From Candidatus Foliamicus sp. (GTDB lineage: Bacteria > Pseudomonadota > Gammaproteobacteria > Steroidobacterales > Foliamicaceae): a stretch of DNA of 64,000 bases. Positions 58,266 through 64,000 of the stretch are shown here, in pieces (the stretch's first letter is position 1; each line of letters starts with the position of its first letter). Under the pieces are notes generated by a model that saw nothing but the letters and a program-made list of their open reading frames with translations, was not told the origin of the DNA and ran no database searches. Made by a program: the position numbers and the translations under genes. The stretch lies in contig OZ253475.1 of assembly GCA_965261845.1 (NCBI GenBank), forward strand, positions 2,108,967 to 2,172,966, in the 5' to 3' direction.

Positions 58266-59134
58266 CGATGCTCCCGCAACTGGGCTTCGACCTCGTCGGC
58301 AAGATCGCTGCTGGGACGTTCCACGCCCTCGCCCACTTCAAAGCGCACAAATCCATGCACCCGCGCCTTGTTGGTCTTGAGCAGCGCACCTACCTTGAGC
58401 TTGCTGTCCCGCACGTAAATCTGCCCGCTTAAGCAGATGCCGTCGAGAAATTTCCGTAAGCGGCCTTCCACCATGCGCGCCAGGATTTCCGGCGGCTTAC
58501 CGGAGTCGGCCGCCTGATCAGTAAGAAAAGTGCGTTCACGCTCCACGACTTCGGCCGGGACATTGTCGGGAGAGACATGCTGCGGGCGCATCGCCGCAAC
58601 ATGCATGGCAACATTCTTGCCCAACTCGAGGTCGCCACCCTCCATGTCCACCACCACGCCAATCCGTTCGTTGTGGACGTATACGGACGCACCACCCTGT
58701 GGCTGCATGCGCTCAAAACGGCGCACGCTGATGTTCTCGCCGATCCGCGCTACCGCTTCCTGGCGGGTCTGCTCCAGGGACTGTCCGTCCACTTGCAGCG
58801 CCAGCAGGGCATCAAGGTCCTCAGGGGCCTTGTCCAGCACGGTTCGGGCCACGGAAGCCGCGAATTCACGAAAGTCCCGGCGCCGGGCCACGAAATCGGT
58901 TTCGCAATTTACCTCGGCGATGGCCACCGCACCTGAATCTTCAGCCACCGCAATCACTCCTTCTGCGGCAGCCCGGGCGGCCTTCTTTTCGGCCGCCACC
59001 GCGCCCATCTTGCGCAGCAGGTCGCGCGCGGCCTCCGCATCGCCGTTGGTCTCGGTCAAGGCGCGTTTGCAATCCATCATCCCCGCGCCGGTCGATTCCC
59101 GCAGGGCCTTTACCTGGGCGGCGGTAATTGCCAT
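58262..59134 (-). CDS. tsf: Translation elongation factor Ts
   Basis: '[32 protein letters not shown]'. Confidence 0.95.
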   Translation of the reverse strand: MAITAAQVKALRESTGAGMMDCKRALTETNGDAEAARDLLRKMGAVAAEKKAARAAAEGVIAVAEDSGAVAIAEVNCETDFVARRRDFREFAASVARTVLDKAPEDLDALLALQVDGQSLEQTRQEAVARIGENISVRRFERMQPQGGASVYVHNERIGVVVDMEGGDLELGKNVAMHVAAMRPQHVSPDNVPAEVVERERTFLTDQAADSGKPPEILARMVEGRLRKFLDGICLSGQIYVRDSKLKVGALLKTNKARVHGFVRFEVGEGVERPSSDLADEVEAQLREHR

Positions 59135-60177
59135 GGCCTAGTCCGTTTTCTCAGCCGGAGCCGGAGCTTCCTCGGCAGCGGGTGGGGCGGCAGGAGCATC
59201 GGCGGCTTCCACCGAAGGGGCCTTGGACGCTGCCGGCGGGGCGGCAGGAGCATCGGCGGCTTCCACCGAAGGGGCCTTGGACGCTGCCGGCGGGGCGGCT
59301 TCGGCTTGGCAGGCCTGGCGTCCCGGTCCTCACGCTCGCGCGCCACCGCGGCCGTGCGCCGCGGCATGCGCCGCGTTACGCCTCGCAAGCGCGCCGGCGC
59401 CTTGGCCCGTGACCGCGGACGATCCGATTTGGCAATCGGCTTGCCGGATTCGTCCAGCTCCACGAATTCGTCGTCGCCCAGGGAAATCTCGGGCACCTCG
59501 TCGCGTCCCTTCATGATTGCGTCGGCGATACCGCGCGCATACAGCTCGGCGGCGCGAATGGCGTCATCGTTGCCGGGAATCATATAGTCCACGTCCTGGG
59601 GCGAACAGTTGGTGTCCACCACGGCGGCCACCGGAATGCCGAGCTTCTTGGCCTCGTTCAAGGCGATATGCTCGTGCTCCAGATCGATGATGAACACCGC
59701 ATCGGGTAGCGAGTCCATGGCGCGGATTCCGCCGAGGGAGCGCTTCAGCTTTGCCAGCTCGCGCTTGAGTCCCAGCGCTTCCTTCTTGGTGAACCTCTCG
59801 CGCAAGGTCCCTTCTTCGAGGGCTTCCAGCTCTTCCAGCCGCTTGATGGACTTCTTGATGGTCTTGAGATTGGTAAGCGTGCCGCCAAGCCAGCGATGAC
59901 TGACATACGGCATGCCGCAGCGTGTGGCCTCGTTGCGTATGGCATGTTGCGCGGCCCGCTTGGTACCCACGAACAGCACAGTGCCGCGCTGGGCCGCCAC
60001 TGATTGTACGAATTCACAGGTCTTCTTGTAGAGCGGAACGGTCTGCTCAAGGTCGATGATGTGGAGCTGGTTGCGTTCGCCATAGATAAACGGCGCCATT
60101 TTCGGGTTCCAGTGCCTGGCCCGATGCCCGAAGTGCACGCCCGCATTCAACATTTCATGTACGGTGATTTCCGCCAA
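59110..60177 (-). CDS. rpsB: 30S ribosomal protein S2 with unusual ~110-aa basic C-terminal extension (3' end uncertain)
   Basis: '[33 protein letters not shown]', '[10 protein letters not shown]', '[33 protein letters not shown]'. The conserved body ends near '[16 protein letters not shown]'. The open frame runs on to 59110 and overlaps tsf by 25 nt. Confidence 0.88.
   Translation of the reverse strand: MAEITVHEMLNAGVHFGHRARHWNPKMAPFIYGERNQLHIIDLEQTVPLYKKTCEFVQSVAAQRGTVLFVGTKRAAQHAIRNEATRCGMPYVSHRWLGGTLTNLKTIKKSIKRLEELEALEEGTLRERFTKKEALGLKRELAKLKRSLGGIRAMDSLPDAVFIIDLEHEHIALNEAKKLGIPVAAVVDTNCSPQDVDYMIPGNDDAIRAAELYARGIADAIMKGRDEVPEISLGDDEFVELDESGKPIAKSDRPRSRAKAPARLRGVTRRMPRRTAAVAREREDRDARPAKPKPPRRQRPRPLRWKPPMLLPPRRQRPRPLRWKPPMLLPPHPLPRKLRLRLRKRTRPWQLPPPR
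59187..59294. repeat. Exact 54-bp tandem duplication (2 copies) in the rpsB 3' tail
   Basis: 'gcggcaggagcatcggcggcttccaccgaaggggccttggacgctgccggcgggg' at 59187-59240 is repeated at 59241-59294. Confidence 0.92.
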
Positions 60178-60414
60178 GAGTTTGCTCCTGTGAATCTCAA
60201 TGACCTCCGAAGAGCCGGATCGTAACTACCGGGACATGCTGCCACCGGTTGCCAGCTCGCCGAAGCAAGCCCGCAATTCTATAACAACAGCCGTTCCCGC
60301 TGCACACGGAGCCTAACGGAACTTCGACCGCTCCAGACCGGATTGCCGCAGGCAAATCGGACCCGTTGCTTGCTACTATTGGCAGCGGCACACCCGGGGC
60401 ACGACAAGATCGCG

Positions 60415-61185
60415 ATGCAGGTAACCATCAAGTCCGGCGAAGAGCAGCAACGCATGCGCGTGGCAGGCCGTCTTGCGGCCGAAGTCCTGGACATGATTGA
60501 AGCGCATGTACGCCCCGGCGTAACGACCGACGAGCTGAACCGGATCTGCCATGAATACATCACGGAGCAGCAGCAGGCTATCCCGGCGCCGCTCAATTAC
60601 CGTGGGTTTCCCCGTTCAATCTGCACTTCCCTGAACCAGGTTGTTTGCCACGGGATACCCAGCGACCGCAAGCTGCGCGACGGCGACATGCTCAACATCG
60701 ATATCACGGTGATCAAGGACGGCTTTCATGGCGACACCAGCCGCATATTTCATGTCGGCCGGCCGAGCATCAAGGCGCGGCGTCTGGCACGAATAACTTT
60801 CGAAGCCATGTGGGCGGGCATTCGCCAGATCGCACCGGGCAAGCGCCTGGGTGACATCGGCCATGCGATCCAGACGCTGGCCGAGTCCCGGGGACTGAGC
60901 GTAGTGCGCGAATACTGCGGCCACGGCATCGGGCGAGTATTTCACGAGCCCCCCAACGTGCTGCACCACGGCAAGCCGGACACCGGCATGACCTTGCGTG
61001 AAGGCATGACCATCACGGTGGAGCCGATGATCAATGAAGGCCGCCCGGAGACCCGGTTATTGCCGGACGGATGGACGGTGGTGACCCGTGACCGGAAACT
61101 GTCGGCGCAATGGGAGCATACCGTGCTGGTTACCTCCGGCGGATACGAAGTCCTTACGCTGGGAGCGGGTCCGGTTGAGCCCTGA
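60415..61185 (+). CDS. map: Type I methionine aminopeptidase
   Basis: The ATG at 60415 gives 'MQVTIKSGEEQQRMRVAGRLAAEVL'. Motifs 'VCHGIP', 'LNIDITVIKDGFHGDTSR', 'YCGHGIG', 'MTITVEPM', 'SAQWEHTVLVT'. Confidence 0.93.
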   Translation: MQVTIKSGEEQQRMRVAGRLAAEVLDMIEAHVRPGVTTDELNRICHEYITEQQQAIPAPLNYRGFPRSICTSLNQVVCHGIPSDRKLRDGDMLNIDITVIKDGFHGDTSRIFHVGRPSIKARRLARITFEAMWAGIRQIAPGKRLGDIGHAIQTLAESRGLSVVREYCGHGIGRVFHEPPNVLHHGKPDTGMTLREGMTITVEPMINEGRPETRLLPDGWTVVTRDRKLSAQWEHTVLVTSGGYEVLTLGAGPVEP

Positions 61186-63838
61186 GCAAGTAACCGTCGA
61201 CCAAAATGCTGCGCTCACCGCGGGTTTGCGGGCCGGCGAGCTGGACGCGTATCGCGAGCGCCTGGGGGAACAGGCTGCCCGCATACGCGGCTGGTTCGAA
61301 GAGGGCGAAAAGAGCACTGCGGAACTACTGAAGTTGCGCTCTATCTTGCTGGATGAATTGCTGTGCGAGGCATGGCGGCTGCACGCCGGTCCGACATTGC
61401 GGTCGGCCGCCCTGCTGGCGGTCGGGGGTTACGGGCGCGAGGAAATGTACCCGGCCTCCGACGTGGACGTGCTGGTGCTGCTGCCGCACGGCTATTCACG
61501 CAGCGCAAGAACCGAAGTCGGCGGTTTCCTGGCGTTTCTGTGGGACATGGGACTCAAGCCCGGCCATGGCGCCCGAACCGTGGGCGAGTCGCGTGACCAG
61601 GCCCGCGCCGACGTAACGACCATGACGGCGCTGCTGGAAGCCCGGCTGCTGACCGGCTCCGAGCGGCTGTTTGTTCAACTGAAGAAAGCAATCAACGGGC
61701 GAAGCGTGTGGCCCGCCTGGCAGTTTTACCGCGCCAAGGCCGGGGAGCAAAGAGACCGGCGGCGCGAGCATGGCGATACCGCATCCATCCTGGAACCCGA
61801 TGTCAAAAACGGGCCGGGCGGACTACGGGACCTGCACACCGTGAACTGGATCATGCTGCGGCGTTTCGGGTCGGCATCGCTGGAAACGCTGGCGGATCGG
61901 AAGCTGATATCCGCCGAGAAGCTCGACGGCCTGCGCCGGGCCGGTGATTTTCTTTCGCGCGTGCGCTTTGCCCTGCACCTGGTCTCCGGCCGCATGGAAG
62001 ACCGGCTGCTGTTCGAACACCAAAAGCAGCTTGCCGCCATTTTCGGATACCTGGATCAGACCGGCAACCGGGCCGTAGAGCAGTTCATGCAGCGCTATTA
62101 CCGGACTACGCGCAGCATTTCCCTGTTCAGTGAGATCGCGACTCAACGCCTGGGCGAGGTCATCACACCACCGCGCGCAGGCGCCAGGCGCCTGAACGCG
62201 CGCTTTGTGCTGCGCAGCGGCTACCTGGAAACGCGCCGGGAGGACCTCTTCAGCGCCTCGCGGCGGGCGCTACTGGAACCGTTTCTCCTGCGCCAGCGGC
62301 AACCGGAAATCCGTGGCTTCAGCGCCGCGCTGATTGAGCGCCTGATTGAAGCCGTGCCGAAGATCGATGCCGGGTTCCGGGAAGACCCGAAGATCCGCCG
62401 CATGTTCATGCAGATCCTGTCCGCACCGCCGGACGCTCCAAGCCAGCTTGAGGCCATGAACCGCTATGGCGTTCTGGGCGCCTACATCCCGGAGTTCGGG
62501 TTGATTACGGGCCGGATGCAGTATGACCTCTTTCACAGCTATACGGTGGATGCGCACATTCTGCGGGTGGTCGGAAATCTTCGCCGTTTCGGCCTTCCCC
62601 AAGGTCGGAAGCAGGATCCGTGGCTGGCGAATATCATCCAGGGCATCGGCAATCCGGCGGTCTTGCACATCGCCGGGCTGTTTCACGATATCGCCAAGGG
62701 ACGCGATGGAGATCACTCGGAACTGGGCGCGGCGGACGCCCGGCGTTTTTGCTCGATGCATGGCTTGAATCCTCGCGAATCAGCGCTGGCGGCCTGGCTG
62801 GTGCGCCATCACCTGAAACTGTCGATGACCGCGCAAAAGAAGGACGTGTACGATCCGGCGGTTGTTCGTGAGTTCGCCCGTCTGGTGGGCGACCAGGTCC
62901 ATCTCGATCACCTTTACCTGCTTACCGTTGCCGATGTGCGCGGTACCAACCCGGGCTTGTGGACGGCCTGGAAAGCCCGGGTCTTCGAAGATCTGTACCG
63001 CCAGACGGAACAGGCGCTGCGGATGAACATCGAGCACCCCAGCGGGACCGAGGAACTCCTGGCGGAACGCAAGCAGGCCGCGCTACTGGAATTGCGCTGC
63101 CGGGGTTTGAGTGAAAAGGAAGTACGGACGCTCTGGAGCCGGTTCCCGGAAGGCTATTTCTGGCTTTTTCGCGACGACGAGATCGTGTGGCACACCCAGG
63201 CCCTGCAGTCTGCCGGGAAGGAGGCCGGGAGCTTTCTGATCGCATCCAGGGCCGAGTCGCCGGACGGCAACACGGCGATACTGGTTCATGGCCCGGCCGC
63301 CGTGCATCGGTTCTTCATTACCTGTTCGGTGCTGGACGCCCGGGGACTCAACATTCTCGACGCGCGCATCCTGCCCTCCGGCGGCAAACTCAGCCTTGCC
63401 CAGTACCTGGTGGTGCAGCGCGACGGAGCCCCGCTACGCGACCAGCAGCGGCTGGATCAGGTCTGTAATGCCGTGCGTGAGTCGCTGGCCCGGGCGAGAA
63501 CGCCGGCGCGGACGGCGCGCCGCAAGCTGCCGCGGCGCCTGCGGGCCTTCGATGTGGGGGTCAAGGTCAGCTTCCGCATCGACCCGCGCAAGCGTCATAC
63601 GGTGATGGAACTGGTCACTACCGACCGGCCCGGGCTTCTCGGGCTGGTGGGCGGCATCCTGACGCGCCTCCACATCTCAGTGCGCACGGCGAAAATCGCC
63701 ACAATCGGAGAGCGCGCCGAGGATGTGTTTCACCTGACCGATGCCGAGGGCAAGCCGCTGTCGGAACAGCAACAGGATGCCTTGCTGTCGGCACTGACCG
63801 CCGAACTTCAGGACGCCAAAGCGCAGGATGCGGGCTAG
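61175..63838 (+). CDS. glnD: Bifunctional [protein-PII] uridylyltransferase/uridylyl-removing enzyme
   Basis: 'AVGGYGREEMYPASDVDVLVL' (NTase), 'LFHDIAKGR' (HD) and two C-terminal ACT-like regions. No in-frame ATG exists after the map stop. The TTG at 61175 is chosen provisionally, with the ATG at 61088 as the alternative. Confidence 0.88.
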   Translation: MSPEQVTVDQNAALTAGLRAGELDAYRERLGEQAARIRGWFEEGEKSTAELLKLRSILLDELLCEAWRLHAGPTLRSAALLAVGGYGREEMYPASDVDVLVLLPHGYSRSARTEVGGFLAFLWDMGLKPGHGARTVGESRDQARADVTTMTALLEARLLTGSERLFVQLKKAINGRSVWPAWQFYRAKAGEQRDRRREHGDTASILEPDVKNGPGGLRDLHTVNWIMLRRFGSASLETLADRKLISAEKLDGLRRAGDFLSRVRFALHLVSGRMEDRLLFEHQKQLAAIFGYLDQTGNRAVEQFMQRYYRTTRSISLFSEIATQRLGEVITPPRAGARRLNARFVLRSGYLETRREDLFSASRRALLEPFLLRQRQPEIRGFSAALIERLIEAVPKIDAGFREDPKIRRMFMQILSAPPDAPSQLEAMNRYGVLGAYIPEFGLITGRMQYDLFHSYTVDAHILRVVGNLRRFGLPQGRKQDPWLANIIQGIGNPAVLHIAGLFHDIAKGRDGDHSELGAADARRFCSMHGLNPRESALAAWLVRHHLKLSMTAQKKDVYDPAVVREFARLVGDQVHLDHLYLLTVADVRGTNPGLWTAWKARVFEDLYRQTEQALRMNIEHPSGTEELLAERKQAALLELRCRGLSEKEVRTLWSRFPEGYFWLFRDDEIVWHTQALQSAGKEAGSFLIASRAESPDGNTAILVHGPAAVHRFFITCSVLDARGLNILDARILPSGGKLSLAQYLVVQRDGAPLRDQQRLDQVCNAVRESLARARTPARTARRKLPRRLRAFDVGVKVSFRIDPRKRHTVMELVTTDRPGLLGLVGGILTRLHISVRTAKIATIGERAEDVFHLTDAEGKPLSEQQQDALLSALTAELQDAKAQDAG

Positions 63839-64000
63839 CCCGCGAAGCGCCCCCCCGCCATGCCGTCGCGCAATGCCAGGCGCACGAAGGGCACGGTCAA
63901 CTGCTTGCTGCGACTGGCCGCCAGCGCCGCCAGCCGGTCCACCAGGGCGAACACGTCGCTGGGGTTGCGCCGCACGCGCCGCAACAGGAAACGCGCGGTA
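63834..64000 (-). CDS. hda: DnaA regulatory inactivator Hda-like protein, C-terminal fragment (continues beyond window)
   Basis: My translation of the minus strand is 'TARFLLRRVRRNPSDVFALVDRLAALAASRSKQLTVPFVRLALRDGMAGGRFAG*'. It parallels the E. coli Hda C-terminus '...[44 protein letters not shown]'. The stop at 63836-63834 overlaps the glnD stop. Confidence 0.6.

Noticed and set aside
59151-59333. 60-aa ORF '[28 protein letters not shown]...' in the rpsB tail region
   Set aside because: It is the third reading frame of the 54-bp duplicated segment. It is Arg/Ser/Gly/Cys-rich, and it is not the frame that ends adjacent to tsf.
60178-60414. Possible conserved S2 autoregulatory leader structure or sRNA in the rpsB-map divergent region
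   Set aside because: I could not identify a convincing pseudoknot or conserved motif by eye. A covariance-model search would be needed, so it is not reported as a feature.

Overview
High-GC (about 60-65% G+C by eye) chromosomal window of gammaproteobacterial type. No rRNA, tRNA or CRISPR array was recognised by eye. It has three parts. (1) 1-7.4 kb: an AT-rich leader, a 1354-aa lipoprotein (BACON-like repeats, a subtilase-like domain without the catalytic Ser, a putative C-terminal beta-barrel), an orphan prepilin peptidase, and a lower-GC islet with a degenerate NucS-like gene. (2) 7.9-24.5 kb: an accessory, regulator-less metabolic and uptake island arranged as two divergent gene sets. It carries paralogous modules: 2 CMD/AhpD-like, 2 M24 creatinase/prolidase-like, 3 bicupins, 2 TonB-dependent receptors (one interrupted by an in-frame TAG). 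It also carries an alpha/beta hydrolase, an acetoacetate-decarboxylase-family protein, a SAM methyltransferase, a ureidoglycolate-lyase-family protein and an APC permease. (3) 24.5-64 kb: a compacted housekeeping block on the minus strand, ending with map-glnD on the plus strand and a partial minus-strand hda. The gene order is prfB (with the classic +1 frameshift site), nlpD-yqaA-pcm-surE-ftsB-eno-kdsA-pyrG-tilS-accA, then dnaE-rnhB-lpxB-lpxA-lpxD-skp-bamA-rseP-cdsA-uppS-frr-pyrH-tsf-rpsB. This matches the E. coli/Pseudomonas order, with gaps and insertions. dxr, ispD, ispF, truD, fabZ and rpoS are absent from their usual slots. A TonB-dependent receptor and an IS1634-family element are inserted between accA and dnaE. 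A REP-like palindromic element (consensus about CTGGGAACGAGGGCGTCCCGCCCTCGTCGAGGGCGGGACGCCCTCGTTCCCAG) occurs at 9 intergenic loci (10 annotated hairpins or arrays). Product calls come from motif recognition in the supplied translations, and no database search was run. Many long ORFs antisense to real genes are high-GC artefacts.
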